Below, piece by piece: positions 9,756-19,986 of a DNA stretch of 64,000 nt. Position numbers and translations under genes: made by a program. The notes beneath the pieces were generated by a model. That model was given only the letters and a program-made list of their open reading frames with translations. It ran no database searches and was not told the DNA's origin. Numbering within the stretch: position 1 is the stretch's first letter; every line of letters begins with the position of its first letter. The stretch lies in the IMG/VR virus record IMGVR_UViG_3300009703_004110, positions 248,001-312,000 of that record. The stretch is one strand, 5' to 3'.

Positions 9756-10403
9756 TCATGCCAATCGCTGCTCTAAGACCTTTATTGTCTTGGGATCTTT
9801 TGAATTCAGAATATACACAAGATCATTCTTCGGTAGAAGATACGCCAAAGTGTATTGGACCATACTTGCTTTTGAATCTATAAATCTACGAAGCTTATCA
9901 AGCTTCTTTAGTGTCTCCATATACGTTATTTTTGGTCTGCCATAATCATTATCAAAATATGAAGAACGAACAAAGTCAACAATCTCGTTGTCAAAATAAT
10001 TCTTTTGAATAAAATAAGCAACCAAGTATTGTCTATCATTGAGACATACTCTGTGATAAGACTTTAACTCTCCCATATTTAGGATTATCTTCATATAAGA
10101 CTCTCGCCCGTACTCAGCCTCTATCTTCTCTACAAATTTAGTCCAGTGACTAAAGCGTGCCGATAAAGCCACTGCAAGCATGGCTGCGATATCATGGTCT
10201 AAGTTACCGTCTTCGTCTAGCGGTATATTCGGTTCTGATGCCAACATAAAGTCTTCTCGTAGCGACTTTATCTGCTTTGGCAACTGAGAAGAAGCGGTAT
10301 CAAAGCCTTTTCTTTTGGCTTTAGTCCACTTGACTTTCCCGGCCACAATAGCATCGGCCATAAACATGTGAGCTAACGCATGAGTGTCTAATTCGATTAT
10401 CAT
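9756..10403 (-). CDS. Hypothetical helical protein (paralog family)
   Basis: Ends LPKNDLVYILNSKDPKTIKVLEQRLA. Confidence 0.65.
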   Translation of the reverse strand: MIIELDTHALAHMFMADAIVAGKVKWTKAKRKGFDTASSQLPKQIKSLREDFMLASEPNIPLDEDGNLDHDIAAMLAVALSARFSHWTKFVEKIEAEYGRESYMKIILNMGELKSYHRVCLNDRQYLVAYFIQKNYFDNEIVDFVRSSYFDNDYGRPKITYMETLKKLDKLRRFIDSKASMVQYTLAYLLPKNDLVYILNSKDPKTIKVLEQRLA

Positions 10404-10429
10404 TAAATAATCCAGGTTAAAGGTGATAA

Positions 10430-10600
10430 ACTATCAACTGGATTCAAACCAGTCACAACTCAAGAACGTTCAGTTATGTTCGATTGGTACGAACATGCTT
10501 TGTACGATGATCATTCGTACTCATGGAGATACCCTACTTGTCCGCGCTGTCTCGCTCCCGTCCCACGGCAGCGAAGGTGTTAATACACACTCGTGATAGT
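10430..10600 (-). ncRNA. Expanded tRNA-like RNA (about 171 nt)
   Basis: ACUAUCA/UGAUAGU acceptor-like stem, ACUGG-UUUGAAU-CCAGU T arm, several internal hairpins. Confidence 0.6.
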
Positions 10601-10604
10601 TTAA

Positions 10605-10679
10605 TGGTACTCCGTAGGGGAATTGAACCCCTCTTTCCAGGTTGAGAACCTAGCGTCCTAACCGATAGACGAACGGAGC
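10605..10679 (-). tRNA. tRNA-Glu(CTC)
   Basis: Cloverleaf, loop TTCTCAA, encoded CCA. Confidence 0.93.
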
Positions 10680-10686
10680 ATATAAA

Positions 10687-10761
10687 TGGCACTGAGGACG
10701 GGAGTTGAACCCGCACAGCTTTGGGTGAAAACCAAAGAGACTACCATTATCCTACCTCAGC
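10687..10761 (-). tRNA. tRNA-Glu(TTC)
   Basis: Cloverleaf, loop TTTTCAC, CCA. Confidence 0.88.
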
Positions 10762-10800
10762 ATATTAACGTTCTGCCTTCGGCGGCAAAATCTTTGAAAA

Positions 10801-10892
10801 TGGTACACCCGGTAGGATTCGAACCTACGATGAAGGATCTCTCCTTGCCTGGTTAAGAGCCAGGGGCGATCGGCCTCTCCGCTCACGAGTGC
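10801..10892 (-). tRNA. tRNA with Lys anticodon (CTT) and a long variable arm
   Basis: CCTGG-CTCTTAA-CCAGG; V-arm AAGGA-GAGA-TCCTT; 92 nt; CCA. Confidence 0.85.
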
Positions 10893-10899
10893 ATATAAT

Positions 10900-11244
10900 T
10901 TATAAAAATATATTCATATTGAAGATCAAAAGGTCTGCTACACTACCTTTTATTTCGTCCAAAGCTTCTTCAAGACTAATCATACTAGCTAACAATAAAA
11001 TACCCAAGGCATCATTCTCTTTAATTAAATCTGGTATATGATCTAAGACCTTCTTGTCTTTCATTTTAAATATTTTTAATTCGTCAGGCTTGTCTGTAGA
11101 ATTAATCAAAAATAAGAAGTATGGAGAATTATTAACTATAAAAGTTGTTACCAGCTTAGTGCCACCATTCATTATCTTCTCACCAATCTTGGTAACCTCT
11201 CCAGTACCAAGTAAGCCATCGGCAAGTGACTGTACTTTGATCAT
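10900..11244 (-). CDS. Hypothetical protein, C-terminal-tag family
   Basis: Ends VADLLIFNMNIFL. Confidence 0.6.
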   Translation of the reverse strand: MIKVQSLADGLLGTGEVTKIGEKIMNGGTKLVTTFIVNNSPYFLFLINSTDKPDELKIFKMKDKKVLDHIPDLIKENDALGILLLASMISLEEALDEIKGSVADLLIFNMNIFL

Positions 11245-11295
11245 ATTGCCTTCTATTAATTTATATGTTTTGTGTGAACACTTTAGGAGCTTCTC

Positions 11296-11664
11296 ATGGC
11301 GCAAGTAACACACGTAATTAAATCAGTCTTTAGGACCGTAACCACAACAGGTGGCAACGCAGAAACTGTTTTGGATCTGCTCGGAATGAAGTCTGCTGGA
11401 ATTATCAGGCAGGTTCACGTTAGAGCTTCGTCCGGCGGCGGCGCAAACTTTGAAATAAGTATATTTGATAAAGTAGGTGAAGCAACCAACAGTGAGCACA
11501 TCATATACACCGCATCGGGGCAGTCATATGCAACTGACATTGCAGTCACAGGATACTTTGACACCCAAAGTTCCAAAACAGATGCCGACTTGCATATGAC
11601 TTTAACTCCAGCCTCTGACGGGACTTTTGAAGTTAGAATAGACGTCGAAATTCTAATGGGCTAA
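11296..11664 (+). CDS. Beta-rich hypothetical protein, possibly virion-associated
   Basis: SD AGGAG; rare plus-strand gene. Confidence 0.65.
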   Translation: MAQVTHVIKSVFRTVTTTGGNAETVLDLLGMKSAGIIRQVHVRASSGGGANFEISIFDKVGEATNSEHIIYTASGQSYATDIAVTGYFDTQSSKTDADLHMTLTPASDGTFEVRIDVEILMG

Positions 11665-11668
11665 GATT

Positions 11669-11941
11669 TTAACACATGATATGTGGTTGGGCAGTATCAT
11701 AACCTTCGTCATATCGTTCTTGACCATAACGATAAATTGCGTTATCAAGAGTCATAACCTCGTAACGATAATTCTTACCAAGCCCCATAAAGTTGTCTTC
11801 ACGGATCTTCTTCGTTCTAGTTGCTGCTACTTTCTTGGCCTCATCTTCGGAAATATAAATTTCTTCATATTCATAATCATTAGTGGCGCCACTTCTCGTA
11901 AGAACAATGACATATAGATTATATGGAGTATAAGTAGTCAC
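11669..11941 (-). CDS. Hypothetical protein
   Basis: Shares Y..MTLD with 31428..31655. Confidence 0.6.
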   Translation of the reverse strand: MTTYTPYNLYVIVLTRSGATNDYEYEEIYISEDEAKKVAATRTKKIREDNFMGLGKNYRYEVMTLDNAIYRYGQERYDEGYDTAQPHIMC

Positions 11942-11967
11942 TTTTATTATCCTTAATTAAATTATAA

Positions 11968-12053
11968 TGGTGAGGCGTGATGGAGTCGAACCACCCGAGT
12001 CAAAAGACATCTGGTTTACAGCCAGAACCGCTACCCCTACGGTTTAACACCTC
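11968..12053 (-). tRNA. tRNA-Tyr(GTA)
   Basis: Loop CTGTAAA, long V arm, CCA. Confidence 0.9.
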
Positions 12054-12058
12054 TCGTT

Positions 12059-12090
12059 AAGACCAGTTTATACTGGTCTTTTTTATTTTA
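12059..12090. terminator. Intrinsic terminator-like hairpin
   Basis: AAGACCAGT/ACTGGTCTT followed by a T run. Confidence 0.5.
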
Positions 12091-12095
12091 AGCAA

Positions 12096-12752
12096 TTAAA
12101 CTTTGCCCATACTTTGAGTAAAGAAGATTGCTAAAACTCCAACTATCATCATCAAAAAAGAACTCATAAAGAGTCCGCTAATAATAATGCCTAAGCCAAA
12201 CAAAGTTGATATACCTATCGCTATCTGCCGACCCTTTTCTCCGGGCCAAAAGTGATAACAAAAGGACTTTAATATCCTTCCACCATCCATAGGGTATGCT
12301 GGTATTAAATTAAATACACCAAGGATTATATTAATCGCTAAAGCATATGATAATATTGTAATTGTTGCCCCAGAAAGAAGCGGGGAAGTTATAAATAGGA
12401 AACTGGCCAAAATAATAGCACAAATTATATTGAACGCTGGCCCCGCTATTGAAATTAGGGCCTCTTCTTTTGGGGTCCATGAACCTGAATTTATTACTCT
12501 AGCAATACCACCTAATGCCATAATAGTAATGTCTTTTGTTCTATAACCAAACTTCTCTGCTGCAATAGCGTGAGCTATTTCGTGGCCAATCAAAAATACC
12601 ATCACTAAGGCGAATATACCGGCTCCAAAAAGCAATCCAACTAGTGAAAAATTTGGCATCATTATAAGAAGTAGAAATAGAGCACTCCAGTGAAATTTAA
12701 TAGGAATACCAAATAGTTTCATGCAACCCTCATCTGTTGTAATCATCCTCAA
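12096..12752 (-). CDS. Site-2 protease (M50 family)
   Basis: HEIAH, AGP, NLIPAYPMDGG, TM segments. Confidence 0.92.
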   Translation of the reverse strand: MRMITTDEGCMKLFGIPIKFHWSALFLLLIMMPNFSLVGLLFGAGIFALVMVFLIGHEIAHAIAAEKFGYRTKDITIMALGGIARVINSGSWTPKEEALISIAGPAFNIICAIILASFLFITSPLLSGATITILSYALAINIILGVFNLIPAYPMDGGRILKSFCYHFWPGEKGRQIAIGISTLFGLGIIISGLFMSSFLMMIVGVLAIFFTQSMGKV

Positions 12753-13065
12753 GTCGAACTACGTCATCTAATTCTGTAGTCGAAACTTCCATCAACTCCA
12801 CACTAGCCTCATTCGCTATAAAGCGATGCACAGTACCTGGAGAAACGTGAAAATAACTTCCGGGAGTTAACTTCTCCATTTCTCCATCAAGTTCCAAGTA
12901 AAGAATTCCTTTTAAAACATAAAGAGTTTCTTCTTTTATTTTGTGAAGTTGTTTTGATAATCTATGACCTGCATTAATATGAAGTAGTTTGCCAACATAA
13001 TTATCAGTATGTGCCCAGATTAGCTCATAACCCCACGGTTTTTCAATTCGTTTTGCGTCACTCAT
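12730..13065 (-). CDS. Cupin (mannose-6-phosphate isomerase type II-like)
   Basis: KPWG, LSKQLH..KEE, PGTVHR, DVVRLEDDY. Confidence 0.85.
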   Translation of the reverse strand: MSDAKRIEKPWGYELIWAHTDNYVGKLLHINAGHRLSKQLHKIKEETLYVLKGILYLELDGEMEKLTPGSYFHVSPGTVHRFIANEASVELMEVSTTELDDVVRLEDDYNR

Positions 13066-13531
13066 TTTGCTGAGACCTCCACATTGGATCGTCTTTTTTA
13101 ACTTCTAAATAATGTTCATCACAGAGAGTTGAGTACCACGGTATATCTTGCCGTATGCGACCATCTTTACCACAAGCTTCACAGATATGATAGCAATTAT
13201 TTTCGGCTTGTTTAACTATCTGGCGAATACCTTCTTCGTTATCTCCATAAACATAGAGACGTAGACCTCCAAATTTTTCTTTTATTTGAACAATCTGCGG
13301 TTTAGTTCCGGTTTCATTAGCTATAGCTTCAATTTTTTCTATAGCGTTCCAGACCTCATTCCTCCATCCTTTGGGACAGGAAATTCCAACGGCAACGTCT
13401 CTGCATGAAATCGGGAAAGCCTCCAGGAGCGATACTAGCCAGATATAAGACTCCTTCCTATCTGGGTCCGAATCCTCTTCCGCCCACTTTTTATAAAGTG
13501 CTAAGCGCTTTTCCCATATTGATTCAGACAT
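13058..13531 (-). CDS. Conserved phage protein (QIKEKFGGLRLY motif, Zn site)
   Basis: QIKEKFGGLR...CEACG...TLCDEH. Confidence 0.75.
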   Translation of the reverse strand: MSESIWEKRLALYKKWAEEDSDPDRKESYIWLVSLLEAFPISCRDVAVGISCPKGWRNEVWNAIEKIEAIANETGTKPQIVQIKEKFGGLRLYVYGDNEEGIRQIVKQAENNCYHICEACGKDGRIRQDIPWYSTLCDEHYLEVKKDDPMWRSQQNE

Positions 13532-13593
13532 ATAATCTCCGGTTTGGTCTGTACAAAATAATAGAACCTACTTCTACATTACCTTTCCGATTT

Positions 13594-14262
13594 TCATTTT
13601 AAGGTACGGAAGTGATGGCTGTATCCAAAATATTTAAAATCTTTCTCATAAAGGCGTCGAACATTTTGTCGTGCCCAGCCATTAGTATAGTAGCTTTGCC
13701 ACGGCTTATGTTCCGTTTTGTTTACTACTTCTAATATCTGATAATCCATTCCTGTTCTGGCGCAAACTATTTTCCAATTTGCGTCTAGCTCTTCAACTCG
13801 TCCAACAAAGTCCACCAGTATAAAGTCTCCATATCCTATAATGTATTTATACTGTGGTGCAATCATATGATGAGGGCAGGCGACCCCAGTATGGCAATCC
13901 CACTCATATGGCGATTTCAAACTTATAGCGTACGTTAAGAAGTCCATGTCTAAAAATTGTTCAATATGCTCAGGATTACATGGATTGATTTCGGCCTTTC
14001 CACTTCTCCATAAGTCTTGATAATAATGATACCAAGAAACAAGTCTGTCATATGGGTTTCTAACCATAGCAAATTTAAAATATTCATTAAAAGCTGCTGG
14101 CTCTAAATATGCCTGCACATTAAGTATGGACTCATGCTTTTCATACTCAAGAGAGTCTTCTCCCGTCCCTTTGTTTGTTGTCCATAATCTATTTGCTATA
14201 CCGCTTCCTGCGGCTTTTGGTATATGGACAAAGATGGTTTTTAATCCTCTATAGGTAGGCAT
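13594..14262 (-). CDS. Sulfotransferase family 2 protein
   Basis: FVHIPKAAGS, VRNPYDRLVSWY, Y.KDF..FGY. Confidence 0.88.
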   Translation of the reverse strand: MPTYRGLKTIFVHIPKAAGSGIANRLWTTNKGTGEDSLEYEKHESILNVQAYLEPAAFNEYFKFAMVRNPYDRLVSWYHYYQDLWRSGKAEINPCNPEHIEQFLDMDFLTYAISLKSPYEWDCHTGVACPHHMIAPQYKYIIGYGDFILVDFVGRVEELDANWKIVCARTGMDYQILEVVNKTEHKPWQSYYTNGWARQNVRRLYEKDFKYFGYSHHFRTLK

Positions 14263-14277
14263 ATCAAATAACTCTTT

Positions 14278-15504
14278 TTAAAACTGCTCTTCTTCTGTTG
14301 AATTCCCCATTGCAAGTGTAGACGATTTGTTATTAGATATAATGCTTTTAACTGTGTCAAAATAATAAGTTCCTACTTCTCGCTGATGCTTAGTGGCCGT
14401 ATAACCTCTTGCTTCTGCTGCAAACTCACGCTCTTGAAGATCTACATATCCGGTCATAGCTTTTTCATTATAGTCAGATGCCAATTCAAACATTGAAAGG
14501 TTTAAAGAATGGAATCCGGCCAAAGTAACAAACTGAAACTTATAACCCATTGAGTTTAACTCTTGACGATACTTAGCAATAGTTTCATCATCGATATTCT
14601 TCTTCCAATTAAAAGATGGTGAGCAATTATATGCCAATATTTTTCCTGGAAATTTTTCATGTATTGCATTGGCAAATCGCCTTGCTTCTTCTAAATCTGG
14701 TGTAGATGTTTCACACCAGATTAAATCACAATATGGCGCATATGCTAAGCCTCTTGATATAGCCTGTTCAATTCCGCCAGAGATTCTATAGAACCCTTCT
14801 GGTGTTCTTTCTCCTGTCATATAAGGATGATCATAAGGATCTATATCTGTCGTAATTAACCGAGCACTGTCAGCATCTGTTCTGGCAATAAGAATAGTTG
14901 GTACATCCATAACATCTGCTGCCAATCTGGCGGCCTTTAATGTCATAATAAAATGAGAAGTTGGAATTAAGACCTTTCCACCTAGGTGGCCACACTTCTT
15001 TTCTGAAGATAACTGATCTTCAAAGTGGACACCAGAGGCTCCAGCCTCTATCATCCCTTTCATAAGCTCAAATGCATTTAACGGGCCTCCAAAGCCCGCT
15101 TCGGCGTCTGCTATAATTGGAACCATCCAGTCTCGACTAAAGTGTCCTTCTGCGCTCTCGATTTGATCAGCGCGTTGCAAAGCTCTATTTATTCGCTTTA
15201 CCACATGTGGAACACTATCTGCTGGATACAAACTCTGATCGGGATACATATGACCAGATAAATTGGCGTCAGCAGCAACCTGCCATCCAGAAAGATATAT
15301 AGCTGGTAAGCCGGCTCTAACTTGCTGCATGGCCTGATTACCTGTTAGTGCACCAAGCGCATATGTTGGCTCATCAGACTGTAAAAGTTTCCATAACTTT
15401 TCTGAGCCAGTCCTCGCTAACGAGTGTTCTATTTTAAAGTTACCTCTCAACCTGTCTACGTCTTCTATAGTCCAATCCCGTTGAACTCCGTCCCATCGAT
15501 CCAT
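14278..15504 (-). CDS. aceA: Isocitrate lyase
   Basis: [30 protein letters not shown]-terminus. Confidence 0.97.
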   Translation of the reverse strand: MDRWDGVQRDWTIEDVDRLRGNFKIEHSLARTGSEKLWKLLQSDEPTYALGALTGNQAMQQVRAGLPAIYLSGWQVAADANLSGHMYPDQSLYPADSVPHVVKRINRALQRADQIESAEGHFSRDWMVPIIADAEAGFGGPLNAFELMKGMIEAGASGVHFEDQLSSEKKCGHLGGKVLIPTSHFIMTLKAARLAADVMDVPTILIARTDADSARLITTDIDPYDHPYMTGERTPEGFYRISGGIEQAISRGLAYAPYCDLIWCETSTPDLEEARRFANAIHEKFPGKILAYNCSPSFNWKKNIDDETIAKYRQELNSMGYKFQFVTLAGFHSLNLSMFELASDYNEKAMTGYVDLQEREFAAEARGYTATKHQREVGTYYFDTVKSIISNNKSSTLAMGNSTEEEQF

Positions 15505-15517
15505 TGCAAAATCTTCC

Positions 15518-17065
15518 TTATCGAACTCCTACCAGTATGTCATAAGCCGACGTGGTTAAAAATTCATCTGCGTCTGCCTGTAAACACAGCTCTTTAAATA
15601 GCTTTTTCGCATCATCATCTTCTGCAACAGATTCTAGAATACTTACTACAAGTTCTGGTGATACAGGCTCTCCAGTGTCTAGAATAGCATTATGTCGCAA
15701 CCACTGCCATACTTGAATGCGTGATATTTCAGCAGTTGCAGCGTCTTCCATTAAATTATTAAGCGGAACACACCCAGAGCCTGAAAGCCAGGCTTTTATA
15801 TATTTATAACCAATTTTAATATTCTTTTCAAGCATTCTTCTTGTACATACACCAACAGGAAACGTCATTAGATCCTGCTCGGAAATGACTCGATTCATAT
15901 TTTTAGAAGTCGATATTTGATTCGGCTGAGGCATATGTTCATCAAAAATATTACGAGCAATCTTAACCAAACCAGGGTGAGCTACCCATGTTCCATCATG
16001 CCCATCTAATACTTCACGTTCTTTATCAATACGGACCTTAATCATTGCTGCTTTATTTGCAGACTTATTATCTTTGATTGGGATCTGCGCAGCCATTCCA
16101 CCCATCGCATGAGCGCCCCTCTTATGACATGTCTGAATAAGAAGTCTGGCATATGAGCGCATAAAGTGATCACTCATTCCTATGTCGTCACGATCAGGAA
16201 ATGGTTCATACGCTCCTAATCTGGTATTCTTTTCTACACTTTTAATTGTACTAAATATATAATCCCAGCGTCCACAGTTTAAACCAACAGAATGATTTCG
16301 CAAAGCGTAAAGAATTTCATGCATTTGGAATGCCGCTGGCAATGTTTCAATTAAAACCGTCGCCCTTATCGACCCATTTGGAATATTAAAGTAATTTTCT
16401 GATCTTGAAAAAATATCATTCCAAAGTTCCGCTTCTCTATAGTGCTCTAATTTTGGCAAATAGAAATAGGGCCTAGTTCCATTGCTTATAAGTTTACTAA
16501 AGTTGTTAGCAAAGTATACTCCAAAATCAAATAATGATGCCGGAACATAATCGGTAAGACCTGTGTCACTATTTGTGAATGTGACGTGCTTTTCTTTTAG
16601 ATGTAATCCGCGAGGTCTTACAAAAAGCGTGGCGGTCTTTTTCTTTAACTTATAAGACCTGCCTTTTGCGTTTTTAAAAGATATCTTTTTATCTACGGCA
16701 TCTTTCAAATTAACTTGACCATTAATACAATTGATCCATGTTGGAGCGTTTGAATCTTCAAAATCAGACATATAAACTTGTGCGCCTGAGTTTAGCGCAT
16801 TAATAACCATCTTCCTAGAAGGAGGGCCGGTAATCTCTACGCGTCTATCAAGTATATCTTCTGGCACATCAGCTACGGTCCAATCAGATTCACGTATTGA
16901 AGCTGTCGAAGCGTCGAAACCACTTATAATAGAGTTTCGACGCTTCGCCATACATTGCTCAATTCTTTCGGTAAATATAATACACAGAAACTTAAGAAAG
17001 TCTGATACTTCGGGCGACAAAACTTTTGCCTGCTCATCTGTTATAACTTCACTAAATTTCAGCAT
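15518..17065 (-). CDS. aceB: Malate synthase A
   Basis: [46 protein letters not shown]. Confidence 0.97.
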   Translation of the reverse strand: MLKFSEVITDEQAKVLSPEVSDFLKFLCIIFTERIEQCMAKRRNSIISGFDASTASIRESDWTVADVPEDILDRRVEITGPPSRKMVINALNSGAQVYMSDFEDSNAPTWINCINGQVNLKDAVDKKISFKNAKGRSYKLKKKTATLFVRPRGLHLKEKHVTFTNSDTGLTDYVPASLFDFGVYFANNFSKLISNGTRPYFYLPKLEHYREAELWNDIFSRSENYFNIPNGSIRATVLIETLPAAFQMHEILYALRNHSVGLNCGRWDYIFSTIKSVEKNTRLGAYEPFPDRDDIGMSDHFMRSYARLLIQTCHKRGAHAMGGMAAQIPIKDNKSANKAAMIKVRIDKEREVLDGHDGTWVAHPGLVKIARNIFDEHMPQPNQISTSKNMNRVISEQDLMTFPVGVCTRRMLEKNIKIGYKYIKAWLSGSGCVPLNNLMEDAATAEISRIQVWQWLRHNAILDTGEPVSPELVVSILESVAEDDDAKKLFKELCLQADADEFLTTSAYDILVGVR

Positions 17066-17133
17066 AAATATCTACCTCTTACAAATTAAAGGTCATAATA
17101 ATAATAGTTGTAATAAATCTTTTTTAAATTTAC

Positions 17134-18501
17134 TTAGAACTCAAGTGACCCAGGAGACCGTGGATATGGAATTGTATCTCTAATGTTTGAGACACCAGTA
17201 ACAAATTGTACTGCTCGTTCAAATCCAAGACCAAAGCCAGAGTGCGGAACAGAACCATATCGGCGTAAATCAAGATACCACCAATATTCTTTTGGGTCTA
17301 ATCCAGCAGCTTCCATTCTTTCTACTAACACATTATAGCGATCTTCTCTTTGGCTTCCACCAACAAGTTCACCGACCTCAGGAATAAGAAGGTCCATCGC
17401 TGCAACGGTTTTTTGGTCGTCGTTCAGATACATATAAAAAGCTTTAATATCCCTTGGATAATCTCTGACCACAACCGGGCCACCAATTACCTTGGTCAAA
17501 TGCTTTTCATGTTCTGATTGTAAATCAATTCCCCAAGAAACAGGAAACTGGAAGTCAACAGAAGCGCTCTTTAATATCTCAATAGCGTCGGTATAAGATA
17601 TAATTGGAATATCCCCAAAAACAATCTTCCGAAGTCTTGAGGCTAATGGCTTGCCACTGACATCTGATAGGTACGCCAATTCGTCTTTGCACTCCTTAAG
17701 AGCTTTTGCAAAAATAAACTGGATATAATCAGACGCCAGATGAGCAATGTCATCTATCTCGGCGAAAGCTACCTCGGGCTCAATCATCCAGAATTCAGAA
17801 AGATGCCTTGAAGTGTTGCTCTTTTCCGCTCTAAAGGTAGGACCAAAGGTATAAACCTTAGACATAGACATTGCATATGGCTCAACACTAAGTTGACCAG
17901 ATACAGTTAAGGCCGCCTCTTTGCCAAAGAACTCCTGTGCTCCTTGAATAGAAAACATTTCTCCTGCGCCTTCACAGTCACTATCTGTAATGATAGGTGT
18001 ATGAATCCAAAAGAAGCCTCGCTCATGAAAAAATTCATGAGTTGCCATAGCTAAGACGTGCCTTACTCTCATAACAGAAGAAAACATCATGCTTCTAGGT
18101 CTTAGATGCGCGTGCTCTCTTAAGTATTCTGGTGAGTGATCCTTAGGCTGTATAGGATAGGTTAAAGGATCTTCAACCCAGCCAACAACCTTAACGGAAC
18201 TGGCCTTAACTTCGTAATCCTGTCCTCTACCTTGGGACTCAATAAAAGTACCTATGACTTCAATTGAGCAGCCAGAAGTTAATTTAAGAACCCCTGACTC
18301 ATAACCTTCAACAGATTTAGGGACTACTACTTGAAATGGCTTGAAACAGCTTCCGTCATAAACGTGAATAAATGACAGACCTGCTTTAGAATCGCGCTTT
18401 GTTTTGACCCAACCACGGACCATAACTTCGGTACCAAATGGCACCGGCGCTTCGTGTAATGCTTTCACGCCATAGTGGCGTGAATCTTTTAATGTGGACA
18501 T
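17134..18501 (-). CDS. asnS: Asparaginyl-tRNA synthetase
   Basis: LTVSGQL, FGPTFRAEKSNTSRHL.EFWM, GGSQRE, PHSGFGLGFER. Confidence 0.96.
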   Translation of the reverse strand: MSTLKDSRHYGVKALHEAPVPFGTEVMVRGWVKTKRDSKAGLSFIHVYDGSCFKPFQVVVPKSVEGYESGVLKLTSGCSIEVIGTFIESQGRGQDYEVKASSVKVVGWVEDPLTYPIQPKDHSPEYLREHAHLRPRSMMFSSVMRVRHVLAMATHEFFHERGFFWIHTPIITDSDCEGAGEMFSIQGAQEFFGKEAALTVSGQLSVEPYAMSMSKVYTFGPTFRAEKSNTSRHLSEFWMIEPEVAFAEIDDIAHLASDYIQFIFAKALKECKDELAYLSDVSGKPLASRLRKIVFGDIPIISYTDAIEILKSASVDFQFPVSWGIDLQSEHEKHLTKVIGGPVVVRDYPRDIKAFYMYLNDDQKTVAAMDLLIPEVGELVGGSQREDRYNVLVERMEAAGLDPKEYWWYLDLRRYGSVPHSGFGLGFERAVQFVTGVSNIRDTIPYPRSPGSLEF

Positions 18502-18692
18502 TATGTCTCCAGAAATATATTCAACTCATGTAAGAGTTGCTCTTGTACAGTTTTTGGTGAATTATCAAATACGGTTTGAAACGGGACAATATCCCAAGGA
18601 CGGGATGACCGACCCTTCGTATTTGAATTCATAACTGCTCTTCTGGTAATAAATATCGTCTCCTGCCTCAAAAGCAGGCGTGTAAATACCAT
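18501..18692 (-). CDS. Hypothetical protein, C-terminal-tag family
   Basis: Ends SPKTVQEQLLHELNIFLET; start uncertain. Confidence 0.5.
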   Translation of the reverse strand: MVFTRLLLRQETIFITRRAVMNSNTKGRSSRPWDIVPFQTVFDNSPKTVQEQLLHELNIFLET

Positions 18693-18719
18693 ACCTTGAT
18701 ATTTACTTAAAAATGTTAT

Positions 18720-18908
18720 TTACATTTCTTCCCATAAATCAGCAGCTTCTAATGACTGCTGAAAACTTTCTACTAAGTTTATTGCTTCGTAAAGTTTATC
18801 TATTTGATCTTGGTCAGATAAAACCTCTTCCGGCCGCAACGTATCCGCCGTCAAATAATCCATACCAAAATCCATCGGAGCAGGAAAGAGGCTCCGCATC
18901 TTTTTCAA
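18720..18908 (-). CDS. Hypothetical protein
   Basis: Small ORF. Confidence 0.45.
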   Translation of the reverse strand: MKKMRSLFPAPMDFGMDYLTADTLRPEEVLSDQDQIDKLYEAINLVESFQQSLEAADLWEEM

Positions 18909-19082
18909 ATTTCCAATCCATTATTTTCTCCAATGGTATAACCAAACAGATTCGAACTGTTAACTCCCGGCCTTCCACCCGACGTTTTACCAAGATAGAT
19001 CATGAATCCCATAATCACCATCCTTAAACTACAGTTATAAAAATGAGCATTATACTTTGCAGTGTAGTATAATATACTTGCA

Positions 19083-19161
19083 TGGTGGAGCCTATGAGAA
19101 TCGAACTCATCTGATTTTCTCGGTGCAAGCGAGACGACCACCCCATGCAGTCCCAGGCCCC
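19083..19161 (-). tRNA. tRNA-Ala(TGC)
   Basis: G3:U70, loop CTTGCAC, CCA. Confidence 0.9.
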
Positions 19162-19178
19162 ATATTTAGGAGTTTTAA

Positions 19179-19686
19179 ATGTCAAAGTCAAGATCAATTA
19201 AAAAACCATGCTCAATATGTAATACCATATTCGATGCAGAAATTAAAGAAATTAACAGAGGAAATGCAAAATTTTGTGGAAGACGGTGCTTCCATGAATG
19301 GCGAAGATAAAATCCAAAAGCTAAAGAGCCTAATTGTAAATGTGCACAGTGTGGAAATAAACTATATAGAACTGCCTCCAAATTAAAAGCATCTAAAAGC
19401 GGCTTAGTATTTTGCAACAGGATATAGTAAAGAGCTTGCCCAAAGAATTGGCGGAATTAAATCAATTCAGCCTTCACATTATACAGACAGTAGAAAGAAC
19501 TATCGTAAAACTGCTAAAATGCACCTGCCCCACAAATGCACCCATTGTGATTACACTAAGCATCCTGAAGTATTACAAGTACATCACATTGACCGTGATA
19601 GAAGTAATAACGATCTAACCAACCTTGTTATCTTGTGTCCAACCTGCCATGAGGTTGGTCACTTCTTAAATAACGATGGAAAGTGA
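19179..19686 (+). pseudogene. HNH homing endonuclease pseudogene
   Basis: MSKSRSIKKPCSICN...; internal TAA and a frameshift; ends LQVHHIDRDRSNNDLTNLVILCPTCHEVGH. Confidence 0.8.
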
Positions 19687-19695
19687 TCTTGGCCA

Positions 19696-19986
19696 TTACC
19701 AATCACCAGCAATATAATGCGTAAACGACGCATACATTGTAACAGTACTCCCGCAATCATTGCAATGTTCGTATTTACAAGGATACGTCTTTCTTACTTC
19801 ATCTGAAGACATTTTGCTTGCCTTTTCTTCATCAAATTTTGGAATTGGCACTTGGGGGTGCTGGCAGGAACCAGAATCTTTTCGATCTAATAATGCATCC
19901 AACTCATCAAATATGCCATCAAGCCAGGAGTCGTCCCAATCTGCTTCCATCACTACAGGTATATCTAATACAGATTTACCATTCAT
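19696..19986 (-). CDS. Hypothetical Zn-binding protein
   Basis: Likely start MNGKSV; C..C...YASF.HYIAGDW. Confidence 0.55.
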   Translation of the reverse strand: MNGKSVLDIPVVMEADWDDSWLDGIFDELDALLDRKDSGSCQHPQVPIPKFDEEKASKMSSDEVRKTYPCKYEHCNDCGSTVTMYASFTHYIAGDW

